DNA from: Candidatus Yanofskybacteria bacterium
GTDB lineage: Bacteria > Patescibacteriota > Minisyncoccia > 2-02-FULL-40-12 > IGHO2-12-FULL-4
Assembly: GCA_016185525.1 (NCBI GenBank)
Contig: JACPNK010000005.1
Coordinates: 92,473 to 156,472 of the forward strand
Length of the DNA: 64,000 nucleotides
Reading direction: 5' to 3'
Shown here: positions 8,545 through 17,504 of the stretch, in pieces
Position numbering within the stretch: the first letter of the stretch is position 1
How the letters are laid out: every line of letters starts with the position of its first letter
Position numbers and translations under genes: made by a program
Notes under the pieces: model-generated
Database searches by the model: none
Seen by the model: only the letters and a program-made list of their open reading frames with translations
Told to the model about the DNA's origin: nothing

Positions 8545-10614
8545 ATGTCTGAAAAAGTCATGACTGTTGATGACAACAAAAGCCTACTCTTTCATGTCAA
8601 AGAGGTACTGCAAGGCCGCAGAAAATTTGAAACAGTCTCCGAAGCCGTTCTTAGAATGGTTTTGTCAGAGGGAGTAGAGAAAAAAGTCCATGCCGGAAAA
8701 ACCATATATGATTTTATGTTTTTTCGTAAAGGCTCAAAACACATAGTCGGATGGTATGACGAAATAAATGACTTTGTACACTTTCTCAAAGACGCCGTTG
8801 AAGGCGGCCCTGCCAAAGAGCTGGCCTTTGTTTTTGTTGGAGAGCCTGGCAATGGCAAAACTTTTTTCATTGACTATCTTTGTGGCAGGTATAGGCAGTT
8901 TTTAGCAAGACCGGAAAATAGAAAATACACGTTTAAATTTATTGGCTTGGATAAAGTTCTCGGTTATGACAAAAAAGTTGCGGAGCTGCCGTCTCTTACC
9001 TTTGAAAATCCTATGATTTTAGCCATGAATCTTTTTGAAAACCAAGACCAAACAAAAGAGTTTTTAGCTCAACAGGGGTTTAGGGACACTCAAATTGAAG
9101 CATTTTACAAAAACCATCGTCCTTTGGGCGCCTCCTCGGAGTATTTGTGGTACGAACTGTTTGCTCATTATGACGGCGACCTTGTGGAAATGCTTAAACA
9201 TATTCAAGTCACTCCTGTACCCATGAGAGAAAGTTTGGGCATTACTACGGGAAAGTACGCGGCTAAAGACAAAATTACCGCTTCGGCCGCTGATCTCTTG
9301 GGAGAAGAATCTCTGCAGCTTATGCTGTTGTTGCCGATCGGGGACCCGAACCGATACGATCTGCAGATAGGTGCTTTAGCCAGGGTTGGCGACGGTGGGA
9401 TACATTTTGCTGACGAAATATTTAAGAATAAAACTGACTTCAACCATATTTATCTGCAGGTTGTTCAGAATAGAACCTTGGAACTGGGAGCATTTAAGTG
9501 GTGGCTGGATGTTTTAGTGCTTGCAACTTCCAACTCTGACGAATATCAGAAACTGGTAAGCATGAAAGAAGAATCACCGCTCAAAAGCAGATGTCGAATT
9601 TGTTATGTCGGTCATAATACTGACTATATACTTCAACAAGAACTGACAAAATATTCTATGGGCAGTCAAAAAAAGAAGACTATTTTGGGCGAAGACATGC
9701 ACGAGGACCCGAATTTAAACTTTGCTATTTCTGTTGGGGTGGTTTTTACCAGACTTCCACATTCAGAGAAGCTTACACCCATAGAAACATTGAAACTTGA
9801 AGCCGGTGAAACAGCCGGTGAAAAGGGCATAAAAACAATACTAGAAGTTAAGAAGACCTTAAACGCCAACCCCGATGTCACTAAAAGGTGGGGGCAGAGT
9901 GGATTGGGCCACCGTGATGAAGGCAAAGTTATACAAATTCTGGAAGCTATGCCTGAAAGTAACGAAGGTAAGTGCTTGTTTGCCAAAGATGTTTTTGAGG
10001 CATTTGAAAGAATCGTACTTGACTATGTGGAGGAAGCGGCAAAGCGTGAAAAGTATTTTGAAGACCTAAAAATAGCAAGACAGCTTTATCGTGAACAGGT
10101 GAGAACTTCCATTTTTAACGCTTACCGTGAAGATTCACAAGCCGTTCGTAAAGATGTTTTAGCTTATGTCAACATGATTATTGGAATGGATCAAGAAAAC
10201 TTGGGTCCGGATAAGATGTGGAAGTATCGTGATCCACAAACCGGAGAGTTGAAACCCCTTAAAATAGACACGAGTTTTATTGACAGCGTTGAAAACCGAA
10301 TGGGTCTTTCCAGCGATGAAAGAAAAGAATCTCACCGTAATACCGTACGCAAGATTTACGGTCAGAAAGTTTCCACAGATCCTAATTATGATTTTATGGA
10401 CAATCAGTTATTGGTTAAAGCAGTAACTGACGTAAGACTGGAATCGGATGTTGCCGGGGCAGGCAGTCTGGCTGGCGCTTTGGCCAATAGAACCAATGAA
10501 GAAAACCTAAAAATTTACGACAGGACGGTTAGAGCTATGCTGAAACTTGGCTATTGCCTAACCTGCGCTCAGAAGACGATAGAATACTTTATTACAAAAG
10601 AAGACGAAAGTTAG
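8545..10614 (+). CDS. prkA: PrkA/YeaG-family AAA+ protein (serine kinase-like)
   Basis: Walker A GEPGNGKT, Walker B FADE, C-terminal LGYC..CA; upstream of yeaH and spoVR. Confidence 0.88.
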   Translation: MSEKVMTVDDNKSLLFHVKEVLQGRRKFETVSEAVLRMVLSEGVEKKVHAGKTIYDFMFFRKGSKHIVGWYDEINDFVHFLKDAVEGGPAKELAFVFVGEPGNGKTFFIDYLCGRYRQFLARPENRKYTFKFIGLDKVLGYDKKVAELPSLTFENPMILAMNLFENQDQTKEFLAQQGFRDTQIEAFYKNHRPLGASSEYLWYELFAHYDGDLVEMLKHIQVTPVPMRESLGITTGKYAAKDKITASAADLLGEESLQLMLLLPIGDPNRYDLQIGALARVGDGGIHFADEIFKNKTDFNHIYLQVVQNRTLELGAFKWWLDVLVLATSNSDEYQKLVSMKEESPLKSRCRICYVGHNTDYILQQELTKYSMGSQKKKTILGEDMHEDPNLNFAISVGVVFTRLPHSEKLTPIETLKLEAGETAGEKGIKTILEVKKTLNANPDVTKRWGQSGLGHRDEGKVIQILEAMPESNEGKCLFAKDVFEAFERIVLDYVEEAAKREKYFEDLKIARQLYREQVRTSIFNAYREDSQAVRKDVLAYVNMIIGMDQENLGPDKMWKYRDPQTGELKPLKIDTSFIDSVENRMGLSSDERKESHRNTVRKIYGQKVSTDPNYDFMDNQLLVKAVTDVRLESDVAGAGSLAGALANRTNEENLKIYDRTVRAMLKLGYCLTCAQKTIEYFITKEDES

Positions 10615-10630
10615 TTAAAGGAGTCTTCCA

Positions 10631-11803
10631 ATGCCCAACGAATCCTTTGAAGAACTTTTGAAAAGAGACGCGCAGAGAGAAAAAGACGGATTCAAGAAGA
10701 AAATAAGGATAAGAAAAATATTGTCCGGGCCGGACAGGGTAATCGCAATTCCTTATGTCGTTGAGGAAAAACTCATTCATGGAGATTTTGAGCCGACCGG
10801 CGAACACGGGATAGACCAAGCCGGACACGGAGAAGGAGAGGTCGGAGATATTATCAGCGAAATACCTCTTTCCGAAAGCGGTGAAGACGGCGACGGCGAT
10901 GAAGAGATTGAAGATGGAGAACCCGAAGCCGGCGAAGGTGAAGGTGAACACGGCATAGAAACGGGAGCTTACCAGCTGGGCAAAGAGCTTTCGGAAGAGT
11001 TAAAGCTTCCTGACTTGAAAGATAAAGGCAAAAAAGTGCCGACTGACGAGTATGTTTATGATCTGACGGACAGACACAAAGGATCCGGCCAATTTTTAGA
11101 CAAAAAAGCAACACTGGTAAGCGTTGTAAAGAGCAATGTTGCTCTGGGCCGCATTGACAAAGACAACATTGATACGACAAAACTCATTGTTGGTCCGCAG
11201 GATAAAATTTATCGTGTTCTTTCCAAAGAAAGGGTCTGGAAGTCTCAAGCGATTGTGTTTTTCTTAAGAGATTATTCTGGTTCTATGCAGGGCGACCCGA
11301 CCAAAGCAATATTAAGCCAACACCTAATGATATATTCATGGCTTTTATTTCAGTATAAGCATCTGGTAATACCAAGGTTTTTTGTTCATGATGTTGAAGC
11401 TGAAGAAGTTTCAGTAGAAGCCTACTTTACAAAGGCTACCAACGGCGGCACTTTTATACCCTCCGTTTATCAAGAGGTTAACAGGATTGTTGAAAAGGAA
11501 AATCTTGCCAGAGATTATAACATTTACGTCTTTCAGGGCACTGACGGCGACGACGGAGACGACGGAGAAAAAGCAGTCCCGGAAATAGAAAAAATTCTAA
11601 GCTATGTCAACCGTATGGGTGTTAGTGTTTTGAGGAACCCACGCCATCTTGAACTTAAACAAGAAAGCCTTTTTGAGCTATATATAAAAGAAGGCAGCTT
11701 TACAGACAGAAAAGATGTTTTCAGAATGCATATTATGTCTGACAGCAACGTAACCGATGAAAAAAATAAACAAGCAGTCAAAGCTTTGGTTGCTGAAGAC
11801 TAG
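10631..11803 (+). CDS. YeaH/YhbH (DUF444) VWA-like protein
   Basis: G/E-rich linker (AGEGEGEH), EELKLPDL, RDYSGSM, GGT, YVFQGTDGD. Confidence 0.88.
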   Translation: MPNESFEELLKRDAQREKDGFKKKIRIRKILSGPDRVIAIPYVVEEKLIHGDFEPTGEHGIDQAGHGEGEVGDIISEIPLSESGEDGDGDEEIEDGEPEAGEGEGEHGIETGAYQLGKELSEELKLPDLKDKGKKVPTDEYVYDLTDRHKGSGQFLDKKATLVSVVKSNVALGRIDKDNIDTTKLIVGPQDKIYRVLSKERVWKSQAIVFFLRDYSGSMQGDPTKAILSQHLMIYSWLLFQYKHLVIPRFFVHDVEAEEVSVEAYFTKATNGGTFIPSVYQEVNRIVEKENLARDYNIYVFQGTDGDDGDDGEKAVPEIEKILSYVNRMGVSVLRNPRHLELKQESLFELYIKEGSFTDRKDVFRMHIMSDSNVTDEKNKQAVKALVAED

Positions 11804-11808
11804 AGTCA

Positions 11809-11834
11809 GCGGATGGTATCACCGTCCGTTTTTT
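11809..11834 (+). terminator. Terminator between yeaH-like and spoVR
   Basis: GCGGATGGT-ATC-ACCGTCCGT followed by T run. Confidence 0.6.
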
Positions 11835-11910
11835 AGTCCTTGTATTTATCTAATAATCCTGTAAATTTTAAGAAAGAACCTTAAAAATAAGGAAAAACGA
11901 GGCAAGAACT

Positions 11911-13617
11911 ATGGAACTGTTAGGACAAGAGACCAAGAAAATTATGGAGGAGTGCAAGACTAGAGCAAGAGCCGAGGGCTTAAGCTTTGAGGGAGAGACC
12001 TTAGAGTACATCGCCACCAATCAAGATTTCCTGGCGCTTATGCCAAAAGCGATGATTCCCACGCTTTATGATTTTTGGGTTGATGACGTGGAGGTTATCA
12101 AAAATAAGTGGGTTTACAAATTATATCCCGACAACCCTTATGAGACCGTAGTCAACACCAGACCTCCATTGTCATTTTACAACGACAACAACGCTGATTG
12201 GTTTAATATAATGATTTTCTACCACGTTTTGTTTCACATAGACTACTACCAGAACAATGTTTTTTTCAGAAACACATGGAATCGGGATTTTTGCGGTGAA
12301 GCGCTGGCCGATAAGCGCCTTATAAACAGGATCCGGGAAGAAATGGGAACCGAAAAGAGGTGGGTTGACTACGTAATTGAATTTGCCAGAGGCGCGGACA
12401 ACTTGGTCGGTTACTATCAGGAACTTAGGGAAGAAGACAGGAACCAGACAAGAGAAACTGCAGGCTCCTTTTCTAAAAAAGTTGACTTTTACTTCGGCGA
12501 ATTCCTGAAACAACGCCACGAAGAAAAGAACATAACGCTCAAGTTTTATTACGACGAACTTGAACGGCTCAATGTCTGCCATAAGCAGTTTGGCCAGAAA
12601 GTAGGAGACGACATTTTCTTCAACGACACGGCTTTCAGAAGCAAGTTTCCGGAATTTGACGGTGTCTTTAAGAAGCGTGAAGAGAAAAAGAAGCCAAAGA
12701 CAAAAGACATTCTTCAATATCTTGCGGACCGCTCCGAGTTTGTAAACAAAGAAGGCAACGGGTGGATGAAAGAAGTCCTTGAAGTAGTAAGAAGAACGTC
12801 GCTTTTTTTTCAGCCTCACTTCAGAACCCATAACAGCAACGAAGGCTGGGCCAGTTTGTGGCACGAAAGGTTGTTTATAGCCGACCCCCGGATTCGCTCT
12901 CATGAGATTGACTACAGCATAGTCAACTCTAGAGTTGTTGTTGACCCGGAAATAATAGGACTTAACCCTTATATCGGTTTCAAGCGTCTCTATGAATTTA
13001 TTGAAGAACTCGCGGCAAAAGGCAAGCTCTCCTACCAATACCAGCTGATAAAAGACGCTGAAGCTAGAAAACACTTTGACCAAAAACTGGGAGAAGAAAC
13101 GGGCAAAAAAGCCCTGTTTGAAGCCAGAAAAAATTTTGACGACTTTATGCTTGTCAATTTTCTTTCCGACGACGACTTTCAGGACTTCGTTGATAAATAC
13201 AATCTTTTTGTCGCCGGCCTTCATCTAAACTTAGAAAGATTGTCGCTTCAAGTTTATATCAAGTCGAGAAGCGGAAAAGAGTATCGGAAGATGCTCAACG
13301 ACAGCTTATACCACCCGCCCCACATCATAATCAGTGAAGATAAAGCCAGGGAAGGAGAGCTGTACCTTGACCATTCCTTTGAGGGCCGGTCTCTGGTTAC
13401 GGCCTATATTCCGGCAGTTTTAATCGGTCTGTCTTATTTGGCCGGTAATACGGTTAAGCTTGAAACAACAGAATTTGATTCTGGTCCGATAAGACTAGAC
13501 AGTCCACTTTTGGAAGCAGGATATACGCCAGAGTACAAAAAACTTCGTGTGCTTTACACTTGCAAAGGTAAAACAGTGGAAAAAACTTTGATTTCCGAAG
13601 AAGAGGGGGGAGAGTAA
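11911..13617 (+). CDS. SpoVR-family protein
   Basis: PYETVVN, HV.FH.DY, NEGWASLWH, LNPY motifs. Confidence 0.9.
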   Translation: MELLGQETKKIMEECKTRARAEGLSFEGETLEYIATNQDFLALMPKAMIPTLYDFWVDDVEVIKNKWVYKLYPDNPYETVVNTRPPLSFYNDNNADWFNIMIFYHVLFHIDYYQNNVFFRNTWNRDFCGEALADKRLINRIREEMGTEKRWVDYVIEFARGADNLVGYYQELREEDRNQTRETAGSFSKKVDFYFGEFLKQRHEEKNITLKFYYDELERLNVCHKQFGQKVGDDIFFNDTAFRSKFPEFDGVFKKREEKKKPKTKDILQYLADRSEFVNKEGNGWMKEVLEVVRRTSLFFQPHFRTHNSNEGWASLWHERLFIADPRIRSHEIDYSIVNSRVVVDPEIIGLNPYIGFKRLYEFIEELAAKGKLSYQYQLIKDAEARKHFDQKLGEETGKKALFEARKNFDDFMLVNFLSDDDFQDFVDKYNLFVAGLHLNLERLSLQVYIKSRSGKEYRKMLNDSLYHPPHIIISEDKAREGELYLDHSFEGRSLVTAYIPAVLIGLSYLAGNTVKLETTEFDSGPIRLDSPLLEAGYTPEYKKLRVLYTCKGKTVEKTLISEEEGGE

Positions 13618-13619
13618 CC

Positions 13620-15818
13620 GTGGATGAAACCAAAAAAGCGCTGGAGACGTTAAGAACCGATATTGAGGATAAAGAGAAAAGAAAAGTTTTGAGGTTTGAT
13701 GAATTTTTGGACGTTGCAAAAAGAGAGCCCGAGAGGTCTCTGCGGGATATTTTTCAGCTTTTTCACGACATGGTCAAAAGTTGTGTCGGCAAAGGAGAAG
13801 ACGAATATCCTGACGACCCCGAAAGCATCGGTTTCATTAAATACGACTGTTCAAAAATTTTTGTCAGGGATTCTGACAACCCCTTTTTTGCCGACAGGCT
13901 TTTTGCCAACAGATTTGTAAGGCAGGTGGAGTCGCTTAGGCAGGGCTCCAGGCAGAATCGGATATATGTCTACGAAGGGCCTCACGGATCCGGCAAAAGC
14001 ACATTTTTGAACAACCTTCTTCAGGCATTTGAAGAATACACAGCCACAGAGGAAGGGCAGAGCTTTGAGATTTTTTGGGATATTGATATTGGAGGGGGGG
14101 AAAAGGTTAATGTCTCTTGTCCAAGCCATGACTATCCGATGCTGGTTATCCCCAAAAGTTATCGCGCTGCTTTCTTGGACAAACTTCTGTCGGAAAAGAT
14201 GTCTGAATTTAAGTACAAGCTCTCTCACGAAAAAGAGTATGAGTGGCTATTTAAAAGAGAGGTCTGCACAATATGCAAGTCTCTTTTTTGGGCTTTGTTT
14301 GAAAAACTTGGCTCTCTTGACAAAGTTTTCGACATGATTAAAGTTCGTAATTGCAAATTTGATCGTCGGCTAGGCGAAGGCATTAGCGTTTTTAACCCCG
14401 GCGACAGCCCCATCAAAGAGGCTTACTTAACTGTTGCTCGGACCCAAAGAAAGCTCGATACCATATTCGGCGCCAATCTCGTAAAATACGTGTTTTCGCC
14501 CCTTGCCAAAACCAATAATGGCATATATGTCCTTATGGACATCAAGTCTTTCAACAAAGACAGACTTTTGGAACTTCACAATGTCATTTCCGAAGGCGTT
14601 CATAAGGTCAACGGCATGGTAGAAGAAAGAATAAGTTCGCTTTTTTTAGCTCTCATGAACCCGGAAGACAAAGAAAGCATAAAGGAAGAGAAAGCCGAAT
14701 CATTCCAAGGAAGAATCCAGTATAACAAAGTTTCATACGTTTTAGACGTGCCTACCGAGGTTAAAACTTACTATAGTGTCTTCGGTGAACAAATCGATCT
14801 GCAGTTTCTTCCGAGGGTTCTTAAAAACTTCGCAAGAGTAATAATTTCTTCCAGAATGAATGCCGAATGCGCAGCGCTTAAAGAGTGGATTCTGGACATG
14901 AAAAAATACAACCGTTACTGCGACGAAGCGGGACTTCTGCTAAGGATGGCGATAAATGGCGGCACCATTCCACAATGGCTATCTGAAGAAGACAAGAAAA
15001 AAATGACGGCTGTCATCAGGCGGAAACTGATTGCGACTGGAGAATTAGAAGGAGTAAAGGGTTTTTCCGGAAGAGAGTCTATCGATCTTCTTGGTGAATT
15101 TTTAAGGCGTTATGGCGGAAAACCCAAGTTGATAAACATGGACAACGTTTGTGACTTCTTCAAGCACAAGGTTGATAGAGACACGAGAAACGAAAATATA
15201 CCCAAAAACTTTATCGGCTCGCTTGTGAACTGGTATGACTACTTAGTGTTAAACGAAATAAAAGAGTCTCTTTATTTTTATAATAAGGAACAGATTCAAA
15301 AAGATATTCTAAATTATATCTACGCCGTAAACTACGATGTTGGGAGCAAAATAAAATGCGAGTGGACTCAGCAGGAATTAGAGGTTTCAACTGAATTTTT
15401 TAAAATGTTTGGTTCTTATTTTACCGGCATAGTTCTGGGTGATCACGGCGCTTTAGAGTTTGCAAAAGAAACTCAAAAAAAATTCAGAAAAGTTATTGCC
15501 CAATGCCAAAATAAAAAAATAACCGGCGAGAAAATATCTGAAACGGAGTTATACCAAGAACTCTTTACGGCTTACACCAAGAACTTGAAAGAAAAACTGT
15601 CCGAGCCGTTCCTTAAAAGCGACAACTTTAAAGAAGCGGTAAAATGTTTTGGAACCGAAAAATTCAAAACCTTTGACACTCGGCTGAAAGAACATGTTGC
15701 TCACATGACCAAGAACTTAGAAGAAAAGTTTGGATATTCGGAACAAGGAGCCAAAGAAATTTGTCTTTACGCGATTGAACAAAAGCTGGTTGACAAATTT
15801 CCTTCAAAACATTCTTAG
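13620..15818 (+). CDS. Second PrkA-like AAA+ protein
   Basis: Walker A GPHGSGKST, CPSHD.P, G.SGRES, FGYSEQGAKE; Walker B appears degenerate (VLMDIK). Confidence 0.82.
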   Translation: MDETKKALETLRTDIEDKEKRKVLRFDEFLDVAKREPERSLRDIFQLFHDMVKSCVGKGEDEYPDDPESIGFIKYDCSKIFVRDSDNPFFADRLFANRFVRQVESLRQGSRQNRIYVYEGPHGSGKSTFLNNLLQAFEEYTATEEGQSFEIFWDIDIGGGEKVNVSCPSHDYPMLVIPKSYRAAFLDKLLSEKMSEFKYKLSHEKEYEWLFKREVCTICKSLFWALFEKLGSLDKVFDMIKVRNCKFDRRLGEGISVFNPGDSPIKEAYLTVARTQRKLDTIFGANLVKYVFSPLAKTNNGIYVLMDIKSFNKDRLLELHNVISEGVHKVNGMVEERISSLFLALMNPEDKESIKEEKAESFQGRIQYNKVSYVLDVPTEVKTYYSVFGEQIDLQFLPRVLKNFARVIISSRMNAECAALKEWILDMKKYNRYCDEAGLLLRMAINGGTIPQWLSEEDKKKMTAVIRRKLIATGELEGVKGFSGRESIDLLGEFLRRYGGKPKLINMDNVCDFFKHKVDRDTRNENIPKNFIGSLVNWYDYLVLNEIKESLYFYNKEQIQKDILNYIYAVNYDVGSKIKCEWTQQELEVSTEFFKMFGSYFTGIVLGDHGALEFAKETQKKFRKVIAQCQNKKITGEKISETELYQELFTAYTKNLKEKLSEPFLKSDNFKEAVKCFGTEKFKTFDTRLKEHVAHMTKNLEEKFGYSEQGAKEICLYAIEQKLVDKFPSKHS

Positions 15819-15872
15819 CACCTTCGCTTCGTTTGACTGTTTGCAAAACTTAATTTATTATTTGTTGCAATA

Positions 15873-17441
15873 ATGGACTATACCAAATTAAGCAAATCTT
15901 TAGACCTTTCTGATAAAAAAGAAAGGTTTTTATATCGTTTTTTTGAGTTTTTGCCGGGCTTTTTAGCCTGGCTTACGCTATTTTTGATTACCTTTTTATC
16001 CTTCATTGCGCCGGCTTTTACTGCCGTTTTTATAATTTTATTTGACACCTATTGGCTTATTAAAACAGTTTATCTTTCTCTGCACTTAAGACACGCCTAC
16101 AAAAAACTAAGGCTTAATCTGACTATTGACTGGCTTGAAAGGCTGGAGAAACTGCCAACTACAGAGTATAAACTGCAAAGCATTAAATCCTGGCAAGACG
16201 TTTACCACCTAATAATACTGCCTCGCTACAAAGAAGGCAGGGAGTTGGTTACAGCCTCAATTGAAAGCCTGTTAAATTCAAACTACCCCAAGACAAAGAT
16301 GATCTTGGTTTTAGCCCAAGAATCCAGAGCCGGCGAGGAAGAAAACAAACTGGGCTATGAGCTGGAAAAAGAATATGGCAGTAAATTTTTTCAGTTTATA
16401 GTCACTGAACATCCGGACAATATTCAAGGAGAAATGTCCGGCAAAGGTTCAAACGCGGCCTATGCCGGCAGATTGGTCAAAGAAAAAATCATTAATGTTC
16501 TGGGTATAAAATACGACCATGTTATCGTCTCAAACTTTGATATCGACACTGTCGTCTCCAGCCACTATTTTTCTCTTTTAACATACCTTTATCTTACTAC
16601 CCAAAATCCTCTACGTACCTCTTATCAACCGGTACCTCTTTATGTTAACAACATTTGGGAAGCCCCGGCCTTAGCCCGAGTGGTCGCTTTCTCTGCCACT
16701 TTCTGGCACACGATCCAGCAGGAAAGACCGGAGAGGTTGACTACGTTTTCCAGCCACTCAATGCCATTTCAGGCCCTGGTTGATGTTGATTTTTGGCAAA
16801 CCAATATGGTCTCTGAAGACTCGCGCATTTTTTGGCAGTGTTTTCTTAGATACAACGGCAATTATAAGGTAACGCCCATGTTTTACCCTGTATCTATGGA
16901 TGCCAATGTTGCTTCCAACTTTTGGCAGACGATGAAAAATATATACAAACAACAGAGGCGGTGGGGTTACGGAGTAGAGAATATACCGTACTTCTTTTTT
17001 GGTTTTTACAAAAACAAACTAATTCCTTTGAAAAAAAAGCTCTACTATATCTTTAATGTCCTTGAAGGTTTCCACTCTTGGGCTACTAATGCGATCATAA
17101 TATTTCTTCTGGGCTGGCTGCCGGTTGCAGTTGGCGGAGCAAAATTCAACCAGTCTGTCTTGTCTTTAAACCTGCCTCAATTCACGAGAACCATAATGAG
17201 CTTAGCCATGATAGGACTTATCTCCTCGGCCGTCTTGTCTATAGTTCTCTTGCCGCCAAAACCCTTACGCTACAGACGCTTTAAGTATTTTTGGATGGTT
17301 TTGCAGTGGTTATTATTCCCCATAACCACAATCGTCTTAGGTGCTTTACCTGGTCTTGAGGCTCAAACTAGACTGATGATCGGAAAGTATCTGGGTTTTT
17401 GGGTTACACCTAAGAATAGAATCATGAATCACGAATCATGA
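15873..17441 (+). CDS. GT2-family membrane glycosyltransferase
   Basis: IILPRYKE, GKGSN, DID, SED, QQRRW; N- and C-terminal TM helices. Confidence 0.88.
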   Translation: MDYTKLSKSLDLSDKKERFLYRFFEFLPGFLAWLTLFLITFLSFIAPAFTAVFIILFDTYWLIKTVYLSLHLRHAYKKLRLNLTIDWLERLEKLPTTEYKLQSIKSWQDVYHLIILPRYKEGRELVTASIESLLNSNYPKTKMILVLAQESRAGEEENKLGYELEKEYGSKFFQFIVTEHPDNIQGEMSGKGSNAAYAGRLVKEKIINVLGIKYDHVIVSNFDIDTVVSSHYFSLLTYLYLTTQNPLRTSYQPVPLYVNNIWEAPALARVVAFSATFWHTIQQERPERLTTFSSHSMPFQALVDVDFWQTNMVSEDSRIFWQCFLRYNGNYKVTPMFYPVSMDANVASNFWQTMKNIYKQQRRWGYGVENIPYFFFGFYKNKLIPLKKKLYYIFNVLEGFHSWATNAIIIFLLGWLPVAVGGAKFNQSVLSLNLPQFTRTIMSLAMIGLISSAVLSIVLLPPKPLRYRRFKYFWMVLQWLLFPITTIVLGALPGLEAQTRLMIGKYLGFWVTPKNRIMNHES

Positions 17442-17499
17442 ATTAATGTCCTTAAAAATCTGTTTCTCTCCTTGATTCTTGACTCATACTTCATAATTC
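17419..17499. repeat. Heptamer tandem repeats (GAATCAT-like) with an inverted copy
   Basis: GAATCAT GAATCAC GAATCAT ... TGATTCT TGACTCA. Confidence 0.6.
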
Positions 17500-17504
17500 C
17501 TTTT

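Noticed and set aside
12172-13224. 350 aa minus-strand ORF
   Set aside because: Antisense to spoVR with no recognisable motifs.
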